Below, one piece after another: positions 1 through 11,319 of a stretch of 64,000 nt of DNA. The notes under the pieces were generated by a model that was not told the origin of the DNA, did no database searches, and saw only the letters and a program-made list of their open reading frames with translations. The stretch is from NCBI RefSeq assembly GCF_006345805.1, contig NC_043003.1, forward strand, positions 93,310,001 to 93,374,000, in the 5' to 3' direction. The stretch comes from Octopus sinensis (Eukaryota). Numbering within the stretch: the first letter of the stretch is position 1; each line of letters opens with the position of its first letter. Made by a program: the position numbers and the translations under genes.

Positions 1-393
1 AGAGTGACTGAAAGCAAGTCCCCTAGGAAACCAACCTTCTTTAGCTACACAGCCATGCCTGCGCCATTGATAGTAATTTTTGTTTTGTCTAAGGTTTTTA
101 TGTTATTGGTAGAACAGTTCTGGGTCAGTGTGAACGAACAGACCTACGACCTACAACCGTGGCAAACTCATCTTTTTTCACATTCAGTGTATCTTGGTTC
201 ACTTTATCCACTATTTGCTCTAGGGGATGATTTGAAGGATATTTGACTGCTATTTTGGCTATTTCTAGCACGGCGAGCGGCTGCATAGAGGATCCATCGT
301 TAATTATTTGTTGCTTACAACTTCTTATCCTCTTATTTAATTCTGTAAGTAACAAATTGAATGTAACTGTTCAAGGTAAGATTAAATAAAGAC

Positions 394-790
394 CAGGCGT
401 GGCCGTGTGGTAAGAACCTTGCTTCTCAACCACATGGTTCTGGGTTCAGTCCCACTGCGTGACATCTTGGGCAAGTGTCTTCTACTACAGCCTCGGGCCG
501 ATCAAAGCCTCGTGAGTGGATTTGGTAAACGGAAACTGAAAGAAGCCCGTTGTATATATGTATGTGTGTGTGTATGAGTGTGCGTGTGTCGGTATTTGTC
601 CCCCCTTCCATCACCACTTGACGTCCGGTGTTGGTATGTTTACGTCCCCGTAATTTAGCGGTTCGGCAAAAGAGACTGATAGAATAAGTACTATGCTTAA
701 AAATAAGTCTTGGTGTCGATTTGTTCGACTAAAACCTTTCAAGGCGGGGCTTCAGCATGGCCGCAGTCAACTGACTGGAACAAGTAATAT
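394..790 (+). mobile_element. tRNA-derived SINE family A (composite, internal (TA)/(TG) tract)
   Basis: GTGTGGTAAG..GGTTCAGTCCCACTGCGTG..CTTGGGCAAGTGTCTTCT..GGAAACTGAAAGAAGCCCG..CATGGCCGCAGTCAA..AACAAGTAA; many copies in the window. Confidence 0.85.
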
Positions 791-1136
791 ATATAACACA
801 CGCGGAGGCAGTAACACTACCGACGCAACCATCACCTCCAGTGGCACCACCACCGGCACCACCAGTACCAGCACCACCAGAATCAACACCATCAGCAGCA
901 ACAACAGAGGCACCGACGGCAGCAACAACATCGACAACGACAGTTCGATATTTAAGAGATGAGGAATTATGTACATTATTTACAATTGACGGATATTTGT
1001 CCTCATCTTGTTTGTTGTTAACGTTGCGGCTGATATACCCTCCAGCCTACATCAGGTGTTTTGGGGAAATTTCGAACCTGGGTTCCCGTTCCTAAGGTAT
1101 TTTTCAATGCTGTTGTTGTTGTTGTTGTTATTACTA

Positions 1137-1225
1137 TTATTCAGGTCACTGCCTGGAATCGAACACGGAATCTTGGGGTTAGTAGCCCGCGCTCTTAACC
1201 ACTACGCCATGTGCTCGTGGGCATA
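1137..1225 (-). mobile_element. Short tRNA-derived SINE head with (AAT)n tail
   Basis: Minus strand: box A TGGCGTAGTGG and box B GTTCGATTCC, no acceptor stem, simple-repeat tail. Confidence 0.6.
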
Positions 1226-1287
1226 ATAATAACAACAACATCGAAAAATACCTTAGGAATGAGAACCCAGGTTCGAAATTTCTCCAA

Positions 1288-1333
1288 GACACATGATGAA
1301 GTCTGGAGGCTATATCAGCCGAAACGCTGTGTT
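1288..1333 (+). ncRNA. Degenerate minimal hammerhead motif; inverted partner at 1020-1060 on the - strand
   Basis: GACAC ATGATGA A GTCTG..CAGCC GAAA CGCT GTGTT. The inverted copy reads AACAC CTGATGT A GGCTG..CAGCC GCAA CGTT. The two-copy consensus is a canonical core. Confidence 0.5.
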
Positions 1334-1504
1334 CACAACAAATAAGATGAGGACAAATATTCGTCGATTGTAAATAATGTAAATAATGTATCGACAACTA
1401 CAACCGCAACAAAAGCAGCGGCAGCAACAACAGCAACAGTAATGATAACGGCGCAGCGGTAGCAGCAACAACAGCACTAGTAGGCACCACACCGACTCCA
1501 CGCA

Positions 1505-2150
1505 TCCAAGGAAACACATTAGATGCGCCGGAACTTCTTTTAAGAAACGTCTTTCCAACCATAGATCCTCTTTCAGGGTCCCGAAAGGAGATATGTAACG
1601 TCGCTGGCCAGCCATATCTGGCAACAGAAAGAAAATGGAATTCCATACTCAATATCATGGATCCCCCACCGTCCGGGTTCGTACATCAATGGAACGAATC
1701 GCTGCAAGCTATGCGTAGCCGAACGCATGGAAATCGTGAAAGACTCTTACATACTAGGGACCATACTGAACTCCAAAACCTAGATTTTCGGTTCGTGCTT
1801 GCATTTCAGGAGATTCCTGTTAGTGTTTTTGGAACCGGATAATAGCGATATTAGCGATAATTACACCACAACTGGAAATTGATGACTGGTGGGAGTGGGA
1901 AATAGCCCTCTACTTTTTACCCTCATAGCCGACAGGTGGCTTAGCTGAGGGAGGACGACACAGCCGGAAGCCGATGACCAGTGGCAAAGGAAGATAATCT
2001 CCATTGTTTATATCTGTATCGTTTCCCCCTCCATTTTGAAGAGGCTTTAGGCCAACGGGTCTTAAGGTCTGAAGATACGCCATAAAGGTACCCTTTATGG
2101 CGAGAAATCCAGGGTAACCCTATAAACCGGCCTTCACCATATAGGGTGCA
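1505..2150 (+). mobile_element. Penelope-like element 3' fragment: decayed GIY-YIG endonuclease plus terminal repeat with hammerhead
   Basis: KHIRCAGTSFKKRLSNHRSSF (degenerate YIG), a frameshift, then TSLASHIWQQKENGIPYSISW..RCKLCVAERMEI...LNSKT*IFGSCLH with an in-frame TAG at 1781; pattern typical of PLE endonuclease C-termini. Confidence 0.75.
2063..2122 (+). ncRNA. Minimal type-I hammerhead ribozyme motif in a Penelope-like 3' region
   Basis: GGT-CTGAAGA (2069-2075); perfect 11-bp stem II CGCCATAAAGG/CCTTTATGGCG; GAAA (2104-2107); TCC-A-GGG-T; GUA triplet; ACC closes stem I. Confidence 0.6.
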
Positions 2151-2389
2151 CTACTTCTTAAAGTGTGTTACTTCGCCGGATTTATGTTTTTCTAAAAAAA
2201 AAGCCGATGTATGTATGTATGTATGTATGTTGCCGAAATTGCGAGGATGATCCGGTTCTTGACTGAAGATTAGAGGCTTCAAATGACCCTTCCTTTTTTT
2301 GTGTCGTCTATTTGAGTGTTTTGCGTTCTTGTCCCATTTTGTATTTTTATATATATTTTTTATACATATATTATTGCGGCGTAACGTAC

Positions 2390-2485
2390 ATCTTGTATGT
2401 ATGTATGTATGTATGTATGTATGCATGCATGCATGCATGCATGTATGTATGTATGTATGTATGTATGTATGTATGTATGTATGTA
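2390..2485. repeat. (ATGT)n/(ATGC)n microsatellite
   Basis: Direct observation. Confidence 0.9.
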
Positions 2486-2754
2486 TTACACTTTGTGTAC
2501 AGGACATCACCAACGAGTGAAAAATACGTAAACACACGAGAGAAAAGTACAGGACAAAATACCAAAAGAAGATCACTCCTCATCAGTTGCCGGACTGTTT
2601 ATAACTCCTATTTCGTGCTTTTAATGACAATATGGGGAAATTTTATAAGACAGAAGCACCGAGAGATTTTAAAAATATAAAATTCATGGAGAGTTAGAGC
2701 TTCGAACGAACAAACAACGACAGAGTAAACAATCAACGAAGGCAAACGTTAAGG

Positions 2755-3340
2755 GCCGTGGTGACTAGCTGGCAGAATCGTGAGCACGCCATGTGAAATG
2801 CTTAGCAGTATTTCGTTAGCCGTTACGTTCTGAGTTCAAATTCCGCCGAGGTCGACTTTGCCTTTCATCCTTTCGGGGTCGATAAATCAAGTACCAGTTA
2901 CGCACTAGGGTCGATGTAATCGACTTAATCCCTTTGTCTGTCCTTGTTTGTCCTCTCTGTGTTTAGCCCCTTATGGGTAGTAAAGAAATAGGTATTTCGT
3001 CTGCCGCTACGTTCTGAGTTCAAATTCCGCCGAGGTCGACTTTGCCTTTCATCTTTTCGGGGTCGATAAATCAAGTACCAGTTACGCACTAGGGTCGATG
3101 TAATCGACTTAATCCCTTTGTCTGTCCTAGTTTGTCCTCTCTGTGTTTAGCCCCTTATGGGTAGTAAAGAAATAGGTATTTCGTCTGCCGCTACGTTCTG
3201 AGTTCAAATTCCGCCGAGGTCGACTTTGCCTTTCATCCTTTCGGGGTCGATTAAATAAGTACCAGTTACGCACTGGGGTCGATGTAATCGACTTAATCCC
3301 TTCTCCCAAATTTGAGGCTTTGTGCTTCCAGTAGAAAGGA
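2755..3340 (+). mobile_element. tRNA-derived SINE family B, body triplicated with a 184-bp period
   Basis: Box A TGGCAGAATCG, box B GTTCAAATTCC, core GCCTTTCATCCTTTCGGGGTCGATAAA..AGTACCAG; GTTCTGAG recurs at 2827, 3011 and 3195. Confidence 0.88.
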
Positions 3341-4483
3341 TACATCTATCCATCCATGCACACACACACGCACACACACACAGACACACACACACACTTA
3401 TGCCATGCTCGAGTGCGAAAAAAAAAATAGTGGACTCAATTAATTAATTGGTATTTTGTGTTCAAAAATTTCCGTTTGACAAGGGAATTCAGAGAAAGTT
3501 ACTTGTGGTATGCTATACTTTCCACAACATTCATGAGCAGAATAAGAAATAGTCTCGAACTTGGTTCGTCGAAATCATACTGATTTTCGAATACTGCTGG
3601 GTATTTTTAGCAGTATCCGAAGCGATTTCACTTATTATGCAAGAAATATTAGTCAATCTCAGCTCAAACTTCACTGTAAAAAAGTGGCATCTTAGATTAT
3701 ATGGTGTTAAAGATTAAATAAATCTCTGACGGTATCGATAATGAGTGTTCCAGTTGTGCGATCAACGGGACAGCCTTGTCACTGAGTTTGCGTATAGAAT
3801 ACTGAATTTTTATGAAGTAATACTTTAAGGATACACAGACACGTACACTCTTGGGTGCATGTCTGCGTGCTTAGCATACTCTGTACTAACGGTACAATAA
3901 TTCTGCATATGGATTATTTTGCGGGTAAATAGACACATACACCCTTAAAATAATCCTTACAGAGAATCAGTGTAACAATGTATGACAAGACTACTCATAT
4001 GAATTACAGGGCTACAGGTGCAGTCCATCCTACGGGCTTCCTTGCAGTTTCCACTTATCTTCTATTTGATTCGAAGATGACTAATCTTTAGTGTCGATTA
4101 GATTGCTCTGTGCTAATTGTTCCAGTTCTATACTCTCCGACTTCTTTTTCATTTTGAGGCAGATAAAATACCAGTTTTATACTGAGATCAACCTTCTCAT
4201 TCTTTCACTCGTTCTTTCTGTCTGATTGTTTTTTCGAAGAGATCTGGAAGAGATCGACTGTAGTCGGACCCGTGAAGGGATGGGTTCCGCCTGGTTTAAA
4301 ATTGTTCGAGAGACGTCGGTGTGACGACATTGTTTGTAGACTTCATCAGAACAAATTAAAGCCATATGATTTTGTAAATCAAATCAGGTAGACAAAAATA
4401 TATTATAAAAGACTGTTGTTCAAGATGTTACATTGCAGGAACGAACATCAACATAGCCACCCACAACAGTTAGCAAAAGCGAC

Positions 4484-5200
4484 CAGGTCAAATACGTTTG
4501 GGAGTGACGGATAAGCGTAGGACTTAGTAAAGCATTCACTTTTGATTTAAATTTCAGAATATTATGTAGTCAACTTTTGAAGACTACAGGAAATGTACCG
4601 AATACAATTCAACTACAATATTCAACCAGGCAAGTAACTACATTAAAGTTTGTTCACAAACTCGTAATTAGAAGATTAAGCCGTTAGTTGGACAAACATA
4701 AGTGACTGAGCAAAAATTGAGATGAACATTCACCAAATTTGAAATACAAATTCATTCATTAAATTCAAATTCTGCTTAAATGCTCTAGGATGTCTGTTAT
4801 CATATGTAAAAGTGGATTCATAAAAGCACTCGCAGATCTTTGACTTTTAGCTACTCCCAGAAATTGGCATATTTACTTGCACATGAGAAATGTCAAGGTT
4901 ATTTTAATTGAGTAGTGAGTTGACAAGAAAAAAAAAAACTCATAGAAAACCAGACTAAATAATTTACCATGCTTGTGTTTCATTTTTCTGTTTCCCGAGA
5001 GTTTAAACTCCGCTGAAGTCGACTTCGCTTTTTCTAAGTAGCACTCAAATATTAGGGTCATTATAATCAACTTCCATGCAGCTGCTCGCTTTGTTGACTA
5101 TTGTACTTGAATTTTATTCAGTAAATTTCCTGTAGTCTTCAAAAATTGGATACTTATTGAGTTCTATGCTTATCCGTCACTCCCTAGCGAGTTTGACCTG
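4484..5200. mobile_element. MITE-like element with long imperfect terminal inverted repeats
   Basis: Left end CAGGTCAAA..GGGAGTGACGGATAAGC..TTTTGAAGACTACAGGAAAT; right end ATTTCCTGTAGTCTTCAAAA..GCTTATCCGTCACTCCC..TTTGACCTG; no clear TSD. Confidence 0.6.
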
Positions 5201-5316
5201 TTAACATTAAATAATTATTGTGGACGCCTATGTAGTTTTAGGCAAATATTGATACATTCTCAGAACATCCCACACTTCACGCAGCGGAATATCGAGAATG
5301 CGACAGCCTGAAGGGA

Positions 5317-5321
<5 letters not shown>

Positions 5322-5375
<54 letters not shown>
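5322..5375. repeat. (AG)n microsatellite
   Basis: Direct observation. Confidence 0.95.
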
Positions 5376-5376
<1 letters not shown>

Positions 5377-7004
5377 TTCGGTACTTGGATCATACTCGTT
5401 TTCAATTTAGTAGCCAGGAACAACGTGAAATATAATGCTTGTTTAGAGACACATCACTCCTCCCGGTTTAGGAATCGAACTACAATCTTAAGATGATGAA
5501 GATAACACTCCTAATCACTAGGCCACACGCCTTCAGTAGTCCCATAGAACTAAGCTTAATTCCTGGTTGTGTGGCGTCAAACAGTCGAGAGATAAATTCC
5601 AACCGAGATACGACGACAGTCTGCAGCTAATCAACGAAACAATTAACAGAGTTATTGCTGCTTGAAACAACAGTGTCCAGTTATACATGTTTGCTACCAG
5701 GTGGTGGACTGTGGAGAGTTGTATTTGGAGTGCAGACACAATATTCTTCCCTTATAATAAGGATACGAATCACCGACCGCTGCATCTCCCAGCTGATTGT
5801 CTAATATATCCAACTGAATAACTCCTCTGCGGTTCCAATTTAGGAAATAATACACCACGACCTAAATGACACTGCTAATGTTACGACACTGATCGAATGC
5901 TAGAAATAAACCCAATCAAGTGAATATATTGATTTAAAATTTTGGCACAAGGCCAACAATTTCGGTCGGGTGGGGGGGGCTTAAGTCGATTACATTGACC
6001 CCATTGTTCAACTGGTACTTATTTCATCGGTCCCAAAAGGATGAGAGGCAAAGTAGACCTCAGTGGAATTTGAACTCAGAATGCGAAGATGGACGAAATA
6101 CCGCTTAGCTTTTAACCCGGGCGGTTACAATTCTGCTTGCTCGTTGCCCTAATCAATTGATTATATTAATATCTGTATATCTACAGTTCTAAATTGTTGA
6201 TAGGTCATATGACACAGGTTATTTCAAAGCTTATTCGAAGCAACTAATTCAGGAGACGAGAGACGGATGAAACCCATAAATGGGTAGTTTTGTTCAGAAA
6301 ATCGCATTCCAGATATGATTAAATTTGTTGTTTCTGTCAGGGACAGTTGGAAGAGAAATAAGTGCACCATGTTTGTTCGAGAGAATTCGGGGTTTGCTTG
6401 ACTAAATAAATAAATAAAATAAAAAGAACTGGGGGAAATGTGCGTATTTTGCACATTCTACCAGTATACGAAGTTTCAAATTGTTTAGTTAACTAGAAAT
6501 TGGGTTGAATTCTGGCTATCAAAAGGAAAAGATCCCGTATTTTTTTATTATTAGTTTTTACTGTTCTTGTGAAGACATGTGGCTTACTGGTTAAGGTATT
6601 CGACTCACGATCGTGAGTTCAATTCTCGGCGACGCGTTGTGTCCATTAGCAAAACACTTTATTTCACGCTGCTCGAGTCCACTCTACTGGTAAAAATGAG
6701 TAGTACCTGTATTCCTCTGTCACGCTGAATCTCCCTGAAAACTATGAGTTCAACCACTCGCGAGTTAATTTCACGAGCGGGCTGTCCCGTTGATTGGATC
6801 AACTGGAACCATCGTCATCGTAACCGACGGAGTGCCAATTCTGTCCTTGTCCATTTACTTTTTTTTTAGATTGTATTCTTAAGGAATAAATCTAAAAACA
6901 AAATAAAATCAGGACTAGTACAGCTGCAGTAACAACGGGGTTTGGTAAGAATTCTGTTCCTTTTACATTTTAATTTTATTGAAAAATAAATATATAAATA
7001 AATG

Positions 7005-7156
7005 CGGCTATGTAGCACGAAGTTTGATTCTCAATCACATGTTTCCTGGTTCAGTCCCACAGCGTGGCACCTTGGGCAAATGTCTTCTGCTATAACCCTG
7101 AGCTAACCAAAGCCTTGTGAGTGGATTTAGTAGACGGAAACTGAAAGAAGCCCGTC

Positions 7157-7220
<64 letters not shown>

Positions 7221-7430
7221 ATTTGTGTTCTTTCCCGTCACCGTTTGACAGCCGGTGTTGTTTTGTTTACATCTTCGTAATTTAGTGGTTCGGTAGAGAG
7301 AGAGAAAGAGACCTATAAGTATCGGGTATAAAAAAATAAGTACCGAAGTCGATTCATTCGGTTAAAACACTTCAAGGCGATGCGACAGCGTGGTCACCGT
7401 CCAATTACTGAAACAAGTAAAAGATAAAAT
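7005..7430 (+). mobile_element. SINE family A
   Basis: Same head, core and tail as 394-790. Confidence 0.8.
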
Positions 7431-7518
7431 GTATGTAAGTAAAATAATCCGAATCTAAATTCCCCGTTTCCTTTCCATGACATTTTACATTGACGAATAT
7501 TTATTTTTTTAATTCCAG

Positions 7519-7666
7519 GAGTTGAAGTTAAGTTATTCCCCTTGTTTCAAAATGGTGGTGACGTGGAAAAATACTTTGTCAACAAGCTGATACTGTCCAC
7601 TCGCCGGTGTTGTATTTATTAACGACCTCAGACACATGCCTTCGCAGGCTATAATTCAAAATACCG
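7519..7666 (+). promoter_or_regulatory. Candidate non-coding 5' exon or promoter-proximal region of ERGIC2
   Basis: Non-repetitive, CpG-containing stretch with a YY1-like CAAAATGGTGG motif (~7548) and a strong donor CCG|GTGAGT at 7667; coding exon 1 needs an upstream donor. The link to ERGIC2 is inferred. Confidence 0.35.
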
Positions 7667-10439
7667 GTGAGTTATAATGATGATACTGTTATTATGATGA
7701 TAGAGCATTGGCGTTATTAAAATAAAATCTGGCGATCCCAATCGCTTAGTAAATTAGAACTGTAGTTTGATGTGTTAAAACCACCACCACGTATGAAAAA
7801 CAATAAAATAACCGTTTATATAAACATTATTGATGTTAGATATAAATATAATTATAAATTACATTAAATATAGATATAAAAATAAAAAGAAACATTTATA
7901 CGTATGTATATGTGGCTTGTTAAATAAGTTAGTTTTCGATGTGTACGCACTTAGCTGAATAGTCTAGAAACCGAAGTTTGTGGACCCAGAGTTAGAAAGT
8001 GTACACAAAAAAATATTGCGAACACCTAAATGTAAGGAAAGATAGAAATGAAGAAATAAAATGCAGAATATATAAGGCCTTTTCATAACCGCAAAAATCA
8101 GTGTTTAAATGACAACTGATTCAGGTGTTTATTACACGTATAGCTAGTTGTTGTCGTGTACAAACTATGTCCCAACTTGTGTCGTAATTTTGTAAAAATT
8201 GCTAATTGTAATTATTTCGGTCGTTAATTATAAATGTTGAAGATGTATGATAAATTTCTATGGTAATTATAAGTTATTCATTTGTTTACCGCTGATATGA
8301 CCACCACCACCCATTTTTGTTAAACAGGAAAAGCTGATGCAAAGGAATTTTCATCTGTTAATTTAATAATTCTACACATTATTTATATTTGCGTAAGTTA
8401 CAAATACACGTCTATGTATGTGATGTGTGTATATATTATGCTTTACTAAACTAGGGGATTTGACTAAATCTTAAAATGTAGCTTTAAAGATTTTGATTCT
8501 TCATGTTATTACAAAATAACTTTCTAACATAGGTAGAAGCGCTAAATTTTGGAGTCAAAGGGACAGTCCTCTAGATCGATCTCAGTACTTGATTGGTGCG
8601 TTATTTTATCGATTAGGATGGGATGAACAACTAAGTTAACTAGAAATCACAAAAATGGATATTTAAGGATGACTCTGTTGAAAAGTTACGATATCAATTT
8701 AAAACATAGAATTTTATTCAGCTTAGTTTTATTTTGGAGTCGTGTCCTTACTGTAAACTATCACAAATTTTTGTGTATCTTTAATGCCTGTTACAACATT
8801 AAACTAACGGACATGGGCGATATGCTTGACACACAGTGGTCATTTAAGCATCAGTTTTAGCAGTTTTGAATAAGGTTTTATTTGTTCCGGTTTTGACTCC
8901 ACACTGATAATAAAGTCATAGTCTCAGGACAGGTTGTTAAATCACATGCCAAATAACTACACTCCAGGAATTTACAAAGATTGTAAGTTTCTCAAATTAA
9001 AATTTAAGCTGCCAAATGTAAGAAAAAACAATACCCTTCCTTCGTTATTATGATAACTGTTTTGATATATCTTGAGATTGTAAGTTCCTAAATTCTTCAT
9101 TTTATTATTTGATCTATTGGGAAAGTTGGCAAGATGGTAGAAGCATTAGCAAGTCAGACAAAATGTTTAATAGAATTTCTTCTGGCTTTTTACATTCTAG
9201 GTTCAAATTTCAGTTTTTGCTTTTTATCCTTTTGGGGGTCAATGAAATAAGTACGAGTAGTCAACTTACCCTATCCCTTAATATAGTCAACTTACCCTAT
9301 CCCTTAAAACTGCTGACATTGTACCATAATTTGAAACCCCTATTTCACCTACTGGTAAGTCTGTAGTGAAAATGTCAGATTTGGTAAAACAACAAACAAA
9401 ACACATAAAGAAATTTGTGTTTAGTTATAGGCCAATGATATTGATTTTGCCTTTTATCCTTTCTAGGATAAATAACCAGTCCAAGAACTGTTTCAACTGA
9501 ATTAACAATACTGTTTCACAAAAATGAGTGGTTTTGTGCTAATGTAAAAAGCCTATCTCTTGCTGAAACCCTTTTGGTTTTTTAGTTAAAACAATGAAAT
9601 GAAAAAAACTTTCATCCTTTAATTTTTTAAAAAGTGTATAGCAGTTTTATTTTCAGATATAGACTAACCAACTGTAAATATAACTTGATAGATAGTTGGA
9701 TAAATTGATATTTTGCTAGGTGAAGCGGTGACTATGTAACTAAATATATTGAATAATTGATTCTCAGTGAGCTAAAGGAAGAGGTTGATAGCTAGCTAGA
9801 TAAATAATACAAAAATGATGCATGAGGTAGAATAAATTATTTTGCTGTGGGCATATATTTCTCTTCTGCACTTTGTGGACTTTTTATACTTCAGTTTACC
9901 AACACAGATTATAGCTTCATCTTCATTCATAATTCACTGAAGGATTAATGCTGATGTAGGTAACCCCCTGGAAGACTGTTCTATTGAGACTGTTGCTCGC
10001 ACATTTATGTAACTATACTTACCATTTACAATATGGACTTAGGTTTTCAGTAATTCAATATTTCGTCTTTTATTATAAAATGTGAGGAGTTCAGGTAAAT
10101 ACTATGACAAACACTTTTTCATGTTGATGCCAGTTGTTAATCCAGTTGTTAATCTGACTGAACAGATGTTTAGTTAAAGCCATTCCAGCAATGGCTGTCA
10201 CATAATTTTTCAGATACTGTACCCCACTGCAGGCCATGTTACCCAATGTGCTCTTATTTTAAGATGGTAAAATGTAATCTGATGGATATTAGGTTGCTAT
10301 TTTAAGCAAGTTCAATGATCACATTGAGAGTTCCTTGATGGAGTGATTAACTTTTTGGATCTCAGAGGAGAAACTGGGAAACACAAAATCTGGCATCAGA
10401 TTTTGCAGGGGAAAATGCTCATCACTTTTTATTATCCTT

Positions 10440-10697
10440 TTTTCTTTTATCTTTTACTTGTTTTAGTCATTAGACTGTGGCCATGCTGGAGCACCACCTT
10501 GAATTTTTAACCAAATGAACCAGTACATTTTTTTAAAGCCTGGTACTTATTCTGTTGGCCTCTTTTGCTGAGTTGCTAAGTTATAGATCATACACACACT
10601 AACACCAGTTTCTAAGTGGTGGTGGTGGTGGGGGAGGGACAAACACAGACACAAAAACACACACACACACATCTATATCTGTCTGTCTGTCTATCTA

Positions 10698-10728
<31 letters not shown>

Positions 10729-11055
10729 GCCTGTCTGTCTGTATATCTATCTGTCTATATATCTGTCTGTCTGTCTGTCTATCTGTCTGTCTGTCTGTCT
10801 GTCTATCTGTCTGTCTGTCTATATATCTGTCTGTCTGTCTATATGTCTGTCTATGTATCTGTCTGTATATATAGCTATCTGTCTATCTATCTGTCTGTCT
10901 GTCTATCTATCTCTATCTATCTATCTGTTTCTCTGTCTGTCTGTCTACATATACATATACACAAGGGGCTTCTTTCAGTTTCTGTCTACCAAATCCACTC
11001 ACTAGGCTATGCTTAGCCCAAGGTTATAGTTGAAGACATTTGCCCAAGGTGCCAA
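10440..11055 (-). mobile_element. SINE family A with an expanded (TCTG/TCTA)n tract
   Basis: Reverse-complement family A ends flank the microsatellite at 10672-10960. Confidence 0.75.
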
Positions 11056-11319
11056 TTAAAAGTTTAAGTATTCTCAGCTATTTTCTTGCATAGAATTCTT
11101 ATAGGAGCCAGTGAAGAAGTTGATGTATTTGTTTAGCCTGCTCAGTCTCCTTCCACATAATTTCTTTTGCATTTCAAATGGAATTCCTGTGTTTCAACCA
11201 TAAATCTTATGACAACATATCTTAGAATATAAAATAGGATGGCCCATGATGTTCCTGTAAAAAAAATGTATTTAATTAAAAAATTTAAATTTCACAGAAA
11301 CTTGTTACATAAAACAATA

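Larger units (their letters stand above)
965..1390. repeat. Inverted pair of ~150-bp Penelope-type terminal repeats around a short tRNA-derived insert
   Basis: ~965-1125 is the diverged reverse complement of ~1225-1390 (e.g. GGAAATTTCGAACCTGGGTTC versus GAACCCAGGTTCGAAATTTC); each arm has a hammerhead motif. Confidence 0.75.

Noticed and set aside
770-945. Thr/Ala/Pro-rich mucin-like ORFs
   Set aside because: Degenerate CAC/CAG/CAA trinucleotide tract beside PLE repeats; no convincing splice structure.
1137-1225. tRNA gene (and other box A/box B sequences)
   Set aside because: No acceptor stem or full cloverleaf; simple-repeat tails show these are SINE heads.
2265-2295. CTGAAGA...AAATGACC hammerhead-like motif
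   Set aside because: No stem II pairing at the core, GAAA incomplete, no stem I.
4095-4330. Possible selenoprotein: the minus-strand frame stays open for 36 codons after an in-frame TGA
   Set aside because: No selenoprotein motif or recognisable SECIS; an open stretch of this length is plausible by chance.
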